From assembly GCA_020891255.1 (NCBI GenBank), contig BQFW01000006.1:1674001-1738000 (forward strand): a stretch of DNA of 64,000 nucleotides. The letters are read 5' to 3'. Positions 1 through 16,177 of the stretch are shown here, piece after piece. The number at the start of each line of letters is the position of its first letter. Position 1 is the stretch's first letter. Made by a program: the position numbers and the translations under genes. This stretch comes from Entomortierella parvispora E1425 (taxonomy: Eukaryota > Fungi > Mortierellomycota). The notes beneath the pieces are model-generated. The model did not search any database, was not told the origin of the DNA, and worked only from the letters and a program-made list of their open reading frames with translations.

Positions 1-220
1 CGTTGTCGAGCCCAGCTCTGTGGCCGTTGCATCCTTGGGTCTCTCCACGCTGAACAAGTCTGGTGCCAAGTCCGCCAAGACCTTGTTGACGCCCGTGATC
101 TCTGACTACTACATGACCGACTCTATTACCCGTGCCTCTTCAACAATGGCCAAGTGCTCTGTTGCTTTCTCAAAGGGAACCCACCGCCCAGAAGAGTCCG
201 AGTTCAAGATCGAGGCTTAA
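1..220 (+). CDS. NDUFS1: 3' end of NADH:ubiquinone oxidoreductase 75/78 kDa Fe-S subunit (5' part outside the window)
   Basis: Frame reads ...ISDYYMTDSITRASSTMAKCS...*, matching the conserved D(F/Y)YMT(D/N)xIxRASxTMAKC C-terminal motif; TAA at 218-220. Confidence 0.85.
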   Translation, partial: VVEPSSVAVASLGLSTLNKSGAKSAKTLLTPVISDYYMTDSITRASSTMAKCSVAFSKGTHRPEESEFKIEA

Positions 221-578
221 AAAACCACCCCTACAACCATGTACATCCAAGCGAAAATCATCACCACCCCCTCATCACACACCATCCCCCCATTCGAAAT
301 AATGACCGACACCCACCCCCAAAACTAAAAACATTGAGGTAGACCTTGACCGGGCCAGGAGAAGGTCGGTCAACAAAAGAGTGAACACAAAAGAGAGAGA
401 GAGAAGAATTTGAAAAATAGAATAACAAATCATTTGAAACATATCCGACCATTGACTGGGATGCCTGCATGTGTATGTTGCTCTTGAGCAAAGATGATGA
501 ATACATCGGTAGGAGCTGGGCAAAGCCTTCAAGAGAATTACATGCTGGGTTTATTATGAACGTCTTGCTACTGTCTTC

Positions 579-3500
579 TTACATGTGGAACGATCCTCCT
601 TGTTCCTGCGCCTGAGCCATTAATCGACGCCTTGACCGTGTGCGATAAGCGATCATGTCCTGCTCCGGCTCCATGAAAAGGCTCTGACTCTCCTCAGTCC
701 CCCCTTCTCCCAAAGTCAGGTCGTCTCCATCGGGTGCATTTCGGCTGTACCGGATGCCAAAGTGCTTTGGCATCTCTGTATCGTCTCCAAAGAGCGCGCT
801 CTCCTCCTCCAGATCATGGAGTTCTGACGGTTCCAAAGAGGGCAACCTCCTTAACCGAGGGGAGGACTCGTGCTCAAGAGCAGTGGAAGTCGTTGCCTCA
901 GTTGAAGATGATCCTTGCTCCAATGTCTCCACAGCGCTAGTGTTTCCAAAGGTCGCTGCAGCAGCGGCAGCTGCCGTCTCGTTCTCGTCATGCAGGTTGT
1001 GGAGCTGTCGTCCGACAAGATATTCTTCGTCACGAACATATTGACCCCATCCTCGGATGATCTGAACCATCTCCTTGAGACCAACTGCTATCAGAACAAT
1101 AATCAAGAATGTTGGATAGGAATGTGCCATGATCTTTCCGCGAATGGGACCTTCAAGACCTAGCAAGACCAGAGAATTAAAAAAAAAAAAAATAAAAAAA
1201 ACAAAAAAAAGGAATTTCCATGGTTAAAAACTCAGGTCTTGTCACAGATATCAAAACAACATGATATTCTATGCTACGTGTCCAAAGATGACAATACCTT
1301 TGTACTGGATGACAGCCCAGGCCAGAGCAAGGGGACATGAAATCACCAGAAAAGATGCCATAATAGCAGGTAAGATGAGTCGACGGGTGGCCAGGCCTGC
1401 GTCCCACTGATGAACGTCTGCATTCACAAAGACCCTGTTCAAGTCTGCAATCAACGCGTTATCCGGCATCGCCGTCAGTATCCGATGGCAGATCTTCATA
1501 TAGATCAATCCCACCGCCCAGTTCACCACAAAGATCATGCCACCCTCGCCGTCCACTGCTGAACGCAAGGGCAAGATAAGGTACAGCTCCACCATGAGAC
1601 CCAGAGCCAAAGGTAAAATAATCCCGAAAGTGAGGACAAAGTACGCCAACTTGACGCCTGCCGTGACAACTCTCCAAACTGCCTTCAGTCGAGACTTGAG
1701 GTCCCTAGGTTGAAGTTCTTCGCCCATTTCTGCGGTCATGGTTGCCCTTGACCGCAGTTTAGCCAAAATCCAGTTGCCAGAGTACCAGATCCCAGCCAGG
1801 ACGTAGACTCCAGCAGTGATACAGTGAATGTCACGTATATGGTTCATGCCCGTCCACATGAAAATTGCTCGACCCACAACCACTATGCAGCAAAAAATTA
1901 ATGACATCACAGTAGGTTAGATCTTATAGTTCATAAAGAGACCCAACAGCGTTGCCAAGATATCATAGCGCTTTTAGAGCAGGCAAACTTACAGGGACAA
2001 ACCAGCGACATTGCCAGGAAAAACATGGAAGAGGTCCAGAGCACGAAGACGAAGGCAAGGAGTCTTCGTTGAAAGTTTGGCGGTCCATACACGACCACTG
2101 TTCCCTGTTTTGGATCGACCAAAGGGCGAGGACCGTCAATTATCCGAGGGAGTTCTGCGTTATGGTCTACCTGCCCTAAAAGGTCTTCGTTGGGATCCAG
2201 AGCATCTCCATTCTCATTTACAGGCACAAAGATAAGGCGATCTTTGAGCGGCAGCCTCCGATCAACATTGGGCACCCTGTAAAGGGCTCCATCTTGCACG
2301 AAAACAACAGGGGCACTAATGTCCAATTCCTCGCCGCTTCCAGTGGTGGCTCCGTCTACATTCGCAGCTCCGGGGATGGGAGGACGAGATCCCAAAATCC
2401 AAGTCTTCCAGGTCCGATGAACGACATGTCCTTCCTCCTCTGGGAAGCGTGCCCCATCCACTCCGTAAAGGAAGGATGTTAATCGTAGCCATCGAGATAA
2501 TGTACGACACCAGTGTTTAAAGAACACCTTGGCACGGTGCGTAGGATTCAGCCATCGAGCCGTCAATGGGACGACAAGATGGAACAGCAATAGATCGATA
2601 GGCACGTCCGTAACGATTTCACTAGATGATAATGGACTGGTAATGCAAAGTTAGTAGACAATTAACAGGAAAGTATAGCAGCGACATCAACTCCTCATAA
2701 ATATACTTACTCCATCGATCCTCTGAGTGGAAATACGCCCTTAAAGACAAAGTTGATGGTTTGAGTGACAAGCAGGAAGCCTAGAGCAATAAGCGTGAGA
2801 TACATGAACGCAGCTTTGACCAGCTTCTTGAGCTGATGTGTCAGCGGACGTTCAAGATTTTCACGGAACGGATTGAAGCCCTCGTCGCTGGGATTCTTAA
2901 TGAACCACATGACTCCAGGTCGTACGATTGTGCGGCACATTCCGATGAATACGGAAAAGTAGATGACAAAGATGGTACCGACAATCCAGTGGAGAAAGAC
3001 GAACCAGCCCGGGGTGTAAGAATAAAAAGCCACCCTGGTCCAGAATGTTGAGCCTCGGAAGACGGGCAAAGTTGACATGCCAATGGCAACACCACACACG
3101 AGTGGAAACACAAAATGCTCGATCACAATAAAAAATGCGATCTATTCAAACAAATACAGATGATTAATGTCATGATTTGATACAATTCTAAAAAAAGGGC
3201 AGCATTGCCAGATAGTTACCTTGAGAATGAGTCCTTGTTGTCGCAGAGCATCTCGCGTCATTTTAGCAAAGGACTGTCCATAAGCATTCTCAACTCGACT
3301 AAAATACCATGATGCAGCAGCGAACATCAGGGCATAGCCGACAAGGATTGCTGCAAATTTGTCGCCAGATGTGTTGCCATAGGCTAGCTCGGCCCACTTT
3401 CTAGCCACATGGTGCACCAGCGTTACATTTGCTGTTTGATTTCCTAGAGCAGCTTGCTCCAGAATAGCCGAGGTAGGCACGTCAGCGTTAAGAGTAGATG

Positions 3501-6256
3501 AGGTTGAGATGTCCATGAAGACCTGCCATGCTGACACGACATGGTCCTGGTAGAATCCGTTCAACTTGTCCATAGCCATCAAGTCCCAAGACGGGCCCAG
3601 AATTGGAATTAAAACCGGGGAGAATATTGGCACTGATTTAGACAGTACTGCTGAACCGACTTTCGAAAGGGTATCTCCAATGAAGGGGACAACGCGGTCG
3701 AGTAGGAAATCCAGAATCGGGTCTGTGAGGCGACTGAGGAGGCCGAGGGGTATACGAAAAATGTTGATGGGATTCATGAGAAGGGTTGTCTTGCCCAACA
3801 TGAACGGAATCCAGACACCCAGACCCAGACTAGAGCAGATGAGAGCTGCCATGAGAAGAGAATTCTGGAGTAATATCCAGAACGAGCCATTCATCCCGAT
3901 GACTTCCAGGATACCATCCAACTCTTCCTCGTCGTCTCGATCCTGAGCAACTGGGACGGCGGCCAGCCGACGAGCGTGTGGAACAGCAATTGGGCCAGGG
4001 TTGGGAGCCTCCCCAGGACGCCGCTGCACATCCCTCTCTTCAATCTGCCGGAATAATTCTTGCCTCCGAGCTCTGACACGGTCCTCTACTGCTCCCTCCA
4101 GAACACCTTCAGTGTTTATGCCCCATGTCCTCAGCCGCTGAATGTCCAGTGGCGATAATATGTCTTGCATGCACAGCTCGTCAAAGCGTTTCCTTTTTTC
4201 CCCTGCAGTCATCTCTGTGCCATCTTGCTTCAAATACACGTTCCTGTATGTTAATGGAACGCCTTCTTTCCAATATAAAGGTGCACCCATCCTGGTAAGA
4301 ATACGTCTTTCGCTAGAGAGAAATATGACAAGAAAGTTGAGAACAGTATACTTGAAATACTCTAGCAGATCAATCTCAAATATAAAGCACTTACGGATGA
4401 TAAGTTTGATTGACTGGGTCATACACGTATCCTATGCCCGTTCCATACGTTGACCTATCTCCCAGAGAAGGGATATCCTCGGGGGCTGTAAATGAAATAT
4501 CCCGACCCAAGCGGCTTTCCATAGCAGGCGGCCGGCGCCCACTCCTGTCCAATGTGTTGGTGGACGCAAAAGCCTGTGTTGTTGGGTCCGATGAGTGTGT
4601 TCTCTCATTAAAGGGCCTAAAAGGCAACGTGGACGACACCCCTCCATTTGACGATCCAGCTGCAGATCCTCCTTCACCTGGCCAAGATCCGAAAGGTGCC
4701 ATAGTGGGGTTTAGTGATGACGAAGTAGATCCACTGCCACCACCGCTGCTTCCACTACCGCCTGCGTTCTCTGTCTCCCAGAAAAATCTGGCGTGCTCAT
4801 AAGGACCTGGAGGAACCCCATCCTGGACATAGCTAGGTCGACGCTGAGGCTGCATCATATGGGTGGATCCTGGTTGAGTGTAGAGGGATTCAAAGACGTC
4901 TGCTTCTGAAGTTGTGGAGAGTCCTGAATCACCAGTCTGACTGTTTCCTAACTGTGGTCGTTCAGCAGCCTCCTGGCTTTCTTCTTCGTCTTCGCTGATC
5001 TCGCCCTCAACGACAGCCTCGATGTGGTGCTGTACTGCAATGAGTCGTTCAACGGCGTGCTCCACAAACCCATGACCCTCGGCCTCCTCTGCAGCAGCAG
5101 GAACCCCTCCGTCATTCATTCCCATCCGAAGTCCATCGTGCTCTTGGTTCTGGATGACCCACTCCCTAAGAAGGAACACTATCACAAACACAACAATGAC
5201 GACGCCGCTGATAATTTGACCCTCGAAACAATCCAGCATGAACTTGCTAAATAGGCCGATATGAAGAAGATGCATCAGTATACTGAATCTACTGCTTTGC
5301 CATTTCCCTTGACGTTGCTAAACTAGCCGTACCTGATCCATTGATATTCTGGAGCGAGAACCTGAGCTAGCAGAACAGGAACACTATCAACCGTCTTTCC
5401 AGTGTCCGATGAAGGGGGTGCCGTCAATTCCGACATGTTGTGTCTTGAAGCAAAGAAGGAGGTCGCGTTCCACTGAGGTGTCTCGAGACCGTTCGCCCTG
5501 AAAGCAAATGTTTCTCCAATCCAAAAGTATAGTCTCCAGATCCAGATGGTGAAATAGGGGAGAATCATCAGCCAGATCGTCGCTACAAGAACGGCGCGGA
5601 GGATCATCAGCATACCGTTGGCGACCTTGTCAGTCGCTCGCCGGATCAGGACTGTCAGTGGGATGGTTGCCGGCATCTCGGGTGAATAAACTAGGGAGAG
5701 TTTGATAGAAGCACAAAGAGATCAGACAGACTGCAGCCAAGGCGACTGAAATAGAGACGACAAGAGGATAACGTATGCCTTACTGGGCGTGAACGAGAAG
5801 TTGTACTTGCACAGTTCGCAGTACCGCTTGTTGCTATGCTTGAGCCATTCGAGTAGACTGTACAAAGAGAAGGAAGAAGGCGATCGGGTGAGTGTCTTTT
5901 GAGATCCCAGTCTCGGGCCGACTTGTGCTACCACGACAGCAGCACCACATGGGCATGCTCTCTCTCTAGCTCAGCAGAGAGAGAGCGACTATGCACTGCA
6001 CAGAGTCGTTACAGAGAGAAACAAGGAAAGAGAGAGAAAGAGTCCTTACCATTCCTGATGCACAAAGCGGATGCTTCCTGAACATTTGCAAGGATGGAAC
6101 AACGGTTGGTCCGTCGTGCCTTCAGAGCGACAGACCCTGCAGATTTCTGCATTGTGAATGTGCCTCGGGGTTAGTTTGCTGGAAGAAGGGAAACCAACGC
6201 ATGGCATGGCATGCATGCATGCCTAGACTAAAGGCTGTACCTTCGCTCTCCTCCAT
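579..6256 (-). CDS. DOA10: Doa10/Ssm4/MARCH6 ER-membrane RING-CH E3 ubiquitin ligase (multi-exon)
   Basis: Spliced N-terminus MEESE|[32 protein letters not shown]|[25 protein letters not shown]|IYSPEMP (RING-CH). TD-domain segment with HWIVGTIFV and [19 protein letters not shown], and many TM helices. GT-AG introns join the listed ORF pieces in frame. ATG at 6254-6256. Confidence 0.95.
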
Positions 6257-6352
6257 TGATGGGCTGTGGTATGTCGTGTGAATGCGGCGTTGATGGCAAG
6301 GGAAGATAAGAACAGGGCGGGCGGGGTAGGAAGTGGATGGATGGACAGGAGA

Positions 6353-6420
6353 GAAGGAAGGAAGGAAGGAAGGAAGGAAGGAAGGAAGGAAGGATGAATG
6401 AATGAATGGATGGATGGATG
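6353..6420. repeat. (GAAG)10 followed by (ATGA)/(ATGG) microsatellite in the Doa10/BRCC36 divergent intergenic region
   Basis: Direct reading of the tandem units. Confidence 0.9.
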
Positions 6421-6693
6421 AAGGTTGAGAAGATGAATGCAGCAAAGAGTGATCCCTTCTTAGAACAGACGAAAGAACAAAAACGTCGACCGATGCGCCA
6501 CCCTGGACGAAGAAGGAAAGCATGCATTGCTTTGTGCATGCATGCATGTCTCTCCCTTTCCCCATCTCTTGGCGCCAAAACTCTCTTTATTTTTTTTTGT
6601 TCCTGTTCTTCTTTTCTTTCCCCTTCTCCATTTTCCATCTTCATCCTCTTCACCCCTCTCATGTCATCCCTCAACCCCTTCCACCCCGACAAC

Positions 6694-8562
6694 ATGGCAC
6701 GCTCCACTGCGCTCTCGCGTGTCCTCGTCCAGTCCAATGTCCTCCACATCCTCCTAGCCCATGCGCTCTCGACCGAAAAGGCATGCCTCGTGTTGCCACC
6801 AATGTCACCATGCACCAAGTGGGCCATTATTATTTCATTCTTGTTTTATTTCTCAAGCTAATCTCTTGTCATTGTCTTTAGGAAGAAATCATGGGCTTGC
6901 TCATGGGCGACTGGATTGTAAGTCTTGGCATCGACACGACGGAGAGCAGACAATAACAGGAAACAGGAGAGGCTGTTATGGCGTATGCAAAAACATCTAT
7001 CGACCCTGATACCATGCCTTTGCCTCCTTCTTAACCACCCTCCTTGTAGAAAGAGGGCAACACTGAAGTAGCTCGAGTCGACGGAGTGTCATTGTTGACT
7101 CGGTCAGAGAAACGCAAGGACAGAGTCGAAATCGGACCCGAGCAGCTGACCATGGCAGCCATTGAAGCAGAGGTACGTTGACTTGACAAGCGGAGGAGGC
7201 GCCAACTTTCATACATCTAAACTGATTAAATCAACCCTCAATCTTAGGAAATCACAAAGGCAACAGGAAAGACGACGCGTGTCATCGGATGGGTACAGTG
7301 TCCAACGCGTACCATGTTCAGTTTTGTACAAGTGGTGCACCTCTTTGTTGGATCTCTGCGCTCATTCGAATTTTTTGATCGACCTGGCTTTCTAGTACCA
7401 TAGTCATCCTCATATCACCGTTTTCCCATCGCATGTTGGTAAGAGTTGTATATCAGTACCAACCTCTTCAGATCTACTCCAGTGGCTGACCCGACTGTAC
7501 CTTGTGGACTCCTCTTTTAGATCTCAGAACTCAACTATCTCAACAACTCATGGATTCGAGATTCATTGGCATGATCGTCTCTTGCTTCAATACAGATAGC
7601 GAACTAGTAAGGCAAAGCTAGATAATGCTGACCAGGAAGGACTTTTGCAAGGTGAGCTAACCAACGTTTGCCTTTTCTTTTCTGGTTCAGTCCAACAAGA
7701 TCCAAGTGACTTGTTTCCAATCCAGGATGGAGGACACTGGGTAAACCATTGCGCGCTTTTGATTCGCTTTATCAAGATGCAACATCTATGAAATCTAATA
7801 CCATCCCATACTCGTAGATGCCAGCATATGAAATTGCCATTCAGTGTCTTGAATGAGAACCCATTGGATTCCCTCACATTACCAAAGCTTCTCGAGATTC
7901 CAGAACGGATCTTTGATGAACAGCGCCAGTCATTTTACAAATCCATCCCCCGATCCAAGAGCAGCCCCAGTTCAGGCAAAACCATACTTATTAGCGACTC
8001 TCCTACGGAACTGTTCTCTTTCTCCAAGGATGTCGATGGCGATGTAGAAATGATTTCTGATGAAGAGTCATCTCACAAAAAGGAAGCCCGTGGGTCAATG
8101 GATGATATCCCTTCGGATCAACTTAACACAAAGTAAGGCTGCTGCAGTTGAAAAAGGAAAAGTGGCAACCATAGAGGTGTACTGATGTCCTCCTCCCCCA
8201 CGCTTCTTCCTTTTCTAGACTTTTCAACGAGACATCAATGTCATTGCCCGACAGGATGACCTTGATCCGCAACTCGGGCGTTTACGTCCAGTCTTTGTCC
8301 AGTCTTGTTGACAACCTCGTTGGACCAACTTTGCAAATGCTCGTCGATCGAGAACAATACAACCAATCCTTGGTAAGCTCCCTTATCAAAACGTTTTCGT
8401 TACATCGCTCGAATCACCTCTCATTTGTACCATTCTAACAACCCGTTCATAATTTAATCCGCATATCAGTTGGAGTCTCTTCGGATGCAAAAACAGTCCT
8501 TGATCCACCAGCTCAACAATGCCTCCACGGTGAACAATCTAGTGGATCTTACAGACGACTGA
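6694..8562 (+). CDS. BRCC3: BRCC36/BRCC3-like JAMM/MPN+ Lys63-specific deubiquitinase (about 9 exons; absent from the ORF track as a unit)
   Basis: Exons read MARSTALSRVLVQSNVLHILLAHALSTEK|EEIMGLLMGDWI|KEGNTEVARVDGVSLLTRSEKRKDRVEIGPEQLTMAAIEAE|EITKATGKTTRVIGW|YHSHPHITVFPSHV|DLRTQLSQQLMDSRFIGMIVSCFN...|KIQVTCFQS. These match the BRCC36 hallmarks HALSTEKEEVMGL, KRKDRVEI and WYHSHPHITVxPSHVD. TGA at 8560-8562. Confidence 0.9.
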
Positions 8563-8724
8563 TTCCACACCAAATAAAAAGAAAATGCAATGTACACCAG
8601 TTCGTTTTTTTGTCGCTCTATTTTTTTGTGCAGGTTACAGATATCTATGGATGGGGACACACCTCATCTCGGACTATTTTTTTTTCTTTTTTGGTTGTTA
8701 TTTGTGGGCCATCTCCCAGGCAAT

Positions 8725-12678
<3,954 letters not shown>

Positions 12679-13130
12679 GGCAGGGAAGGGGAGAATGAAG
12701 GAGAGGAGGAGACTGCCTGACTGGAAGGAAAGAAGGAGAGGAAGAGGGGGATTCGGGTGATGAGAAGGGCAAAGAAGAAAAGGAAGAAAAGGAAGAAAAG
12801 GAATAGGAGGATGAGGATGTGATGAAGGGCGAAAAGACAAAGTGAAAAAGTGAAAGGAAACGAACGATGAGAGCCGTTGGCGCGTGGAGAGAGAGAGGCA
12901 AGCGGAGAGAAGAGAGAAGGGACGAGGTGGACCAAGGGACCAACGCAAGGGCTGTGGGACACACGGCTGTGCGCCCATACTCTCTCGGCCTATTCGTGTG
13001 TGTGCCCAAGGGAATGAACGGACGGTGCACATGACGGGCGGTGGATCATCATCCTCATCAGTCATCATCCATTCTTTTCATTCTATTCATTCTATCATCA
13101 TTGCTCTTCACTCATCCTCCTCGTCAATAT

Positions 13131-13158
13131 ATCCATCCATCCATCCATCCATCCATCC
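13131..13158. repeat. (ATCC)7 microsatellite in the ArfGAP/GAA1 divergent intergenic region
   Basis: Direct reading. Confidence 0.85.
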
Positions 13159-13287
13159 AAGAACCACGTCACATCTAGCTTTGCGCTGCTTCGCCCTTTT
13201 TCGCATCTCTTTCTCCGTCTCTTCTTTTCTCTTCTCCTTCAACAACATCGCTTCTCGTTCATTCGCATCCGCATCCGACATCATACC

Positions 13288-16050
13288 ATGGGACTTCTCA
13301 GCCGCATCTCAAAGGCACAGCGGCGGACCATCTTTGGTCGATTTGTCCTCGACTGGATGCCTCGTTTGAGGTACCTTTCTTTCACGTTTATTCATTGCAT
13401 TTATTCAGGACAGGAACACGCGATCAACCTTTGGATGGTGACTAATCTCTATCCTCGGAATCCCCTCTCCATTCTCATCCTCTCTCAGCTATGTCATGGT
13501 TGCAGTCTCCTTCTTTTGGTTGCTCGCTCTTCCGCATCAAAACTATAGTCATGAGGTTTATCTCTCTGAAAATGCCTTACTCCCAGGAGGTGTAAGTTCC
13601 GTTCAAAGAGGATGTTACTTGTCAACGCGCCACGTTGCATCCGATCGAATTCCTTGTCATGCTCACATTCCTCTGGAAATTACTTAGGCGAATACACGCT
13701 TTGACTACTCTGATGTTTTGGCTGCAGAGGCATATCGCGACACAGTGCAACGGATATCAACACTGTCCTCATACGAGTATGCCTTTTGTTTTCGTTCAAC
13801 GGATCAACAGGGCAACTGATCGCAAAGAACCAGTTGAAGACTCACTGTGAAACATCTCTTCTTCCTTGCACCTGCAATGTAGACGCGCAAAGGCATTGGA
13901 ACAAGAGTTTGCACAGATCGGATTGAAGGCCGCCACACAAAACTACACCCTGAACACCAGCACAGACTCAAAGGTAACAAAGGCACAAAGATTTTGGTGG
14001 CGCTGATCAGTGCAAGAACCACCGACGCTGACAGAACAAATCGATCGTAGCATGGAGTCAACACCTATGCGGTCTTCTATGCCCCCCGTAGCGACGGCAC
14101 CGAAGCCCTGGTCCTTAGTGCGTCGTGGACATCTAGAGACGTGACCGGTAATGTCTCGTCTTTCCAGCCGTATTTTAGACCAAATTAAGAACAGTTAACT
14201 CACCAATGCCTTCCTATACTATAGCCAACACCAACGCCATTGCTGCTTTACTTGCTCTCGGGAAAGTCTTCAAGAGTAAGGACATATATCAACTTGCGGT
14301 CAACTACAGAAAGAAATATGGACTTTTATACTCATGCCGTCATTTTTTGAATAGGGGGTTCTCATTTCTCCAAGGACATCATTTTTGTTGTATCAGATGG
14401 AGAGGCGGAAGGTCTTATGGCATGGCTTAAAGCCTATCATGGAAACGAGGAAAATACTAAAGGTTGGTGGTAGTACCCTATGAAGCGTCCAACACAAAAA
14501 ACCCGACAAGGGACTGACTTGTATATTCTTATAGACCGTGCGGAGGAAACCCTTCACATCAGGAGTGGAGCTATCCAGGCTGCCTTGAACTTGGACTTTG
14601 CTGGAACTGGCGACTACAATGGCCTCGGCATCTTTTTCGGTAAGAGAAATTGGGCAGGACCTTAGTTCATCGATCCCGATGCATTATTTAACATCAATGA
14701 TTCTTGTAGAGGGCGTGAACGGTCAGCTTCCCAACTTGGACTTGATCAAGACAGTGACTTATATCTCGGGGGGTCTCGCCTTGACTCTGCACGATGAGAT
14801 TGTGCCCTATACCGACAACATGACCAAGAACTACATGAATTCGCTTCGAAGGATGTTGTACATGATGAAATACCAAGCTGCTGGAACTCCATCTGGCAAC
14901 CATGGTCTGTACTTGAAGTACAAGATCGATGCCATCACGCTCTATGGCTTTAATAGGCCCGGTCTGGATGCCAACCGTTATGGTCTATTCCGTCTTGGAT
15001 CGTAAGTTGAACTGACTGAGCACGTTGCATGGTGTATTGACTTCAAAATCTGTTGAGAGACTGACTACTTCAATTTATTGAATAGACTGGTCGAGTCTAC
15101 GGTCAGAAGTTTGAGCAACTTGCTCGAGCACCTGCACCAGTCATTCTTCTTCTACCTCTTGAGCGGGATCCATCGCTATACCTCGATCGGACTGTACATG
15201 CCTCCAGTGATCATCTTGGGGGTCAGCTTCATCTTTCAGGCACTTTCACTTTGGGGCGAATCAAGCGACTTGTCCTTGGAGGTTGAGGCTATTGCCCAAG
15301 GCAAGGAGGTCCCTGTCACCCTGCCCTATTCACGCCGGAGTCGAAGCTTCAAGACACCTGCTACCATTGTTGGCATGTCTTTTGTTGCCGGTCTTGCTTC
15401 CTTTAAGCTCGTGAAAACCGAGTTTGGATTCCCTGGCGAGGTAAGACTCTCAGGCAGGCTGATCTGCTTTTGTAGTAGTTGCACTGTATATTGACCCTCC
15501 TCTCTCTCTCTCCATTTAGACTCCACTACTCAAGTTGGTGGCCAGTGTGGGTGTGTGCACCATGCTTGTCTTTTCCGCCGTGTCGGCTGCCCGTCTTCGT
15601 CAACACCTTTTGGTCAAGAATGAAGCCGAGAAGAAGAAGGCTCAGGTCAATTCCAAATCCAGCTCTGGCGAGCCAGCGCCAGCTGCGGACTGGATCATGC
15701 TTAAGACCTTTATTCTTGCTCTCTCAGCGCTAATGGTCACGACTTTGTCGGCCCTTAACTTCAGCATGGCCGTTTCGATTGGTGTTGTGATTGTCTTGCC
15801 CTTCATGATCTTCCGACCCAGCAAGTTCTTGATCCTGAATGCCATCCAGATTGTGATCCTCTCTGTTATTTCACCACCAGGTCTGGTCTTCTTGGCCTCA
15901 TGGTTATACGACATGGACGTGAGTCTGGTTCTGAGATGGGTCTTGGACGGATACGAGATCTTTGGAACGTGGCTCTTGCCCACGCTTTGCTGTATTTACT
16001 GGCCATTGAATATCGCGTCCATGGTCATGGTTCTCATGCCTACAGAATAA
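13288..16050 (+). CDS. GAA1: GPI transamidase component Gaa1 (multi-exon)
   Basis: FFWLLALP...YLSENALLPG, TYAVFYAPRSDGTEALVL, EGVNGQLPNLDLI, IDAITL, VESTVRSLSNLLEHLHQSFFFYLL, YTSIGLYMPP, then C-terminal TM helices; TAA at 16048-16050. Confidence 0.93.
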
Positions 16051-16177
16051 ATCAACCACAAAAAGTTGATATCATATCAAGTTGTTCTACTTGTTTTTAA
16101 TGATTTTTTGGTATTTGAATGCAAAGGTTGAGAGAATGATGTTGTTGAAATGCTAAAAGTGTTGTCTTGGGTCGATT

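Noticed and set aside
6122-6881. Several overlapping 100-200 aa ORFs between Doa10 and BRCC36
   Set aside because: They translate microsatellite and pyrimidine tracts. Only the short true first exons of the two genes are supported by homology.
13245-13255. ATCGCTTCTCG resembling the U2 snRNA 5' end
   Set aside because: The match stops after 11 nt, with no branch-recognition sequence or Sm site following.
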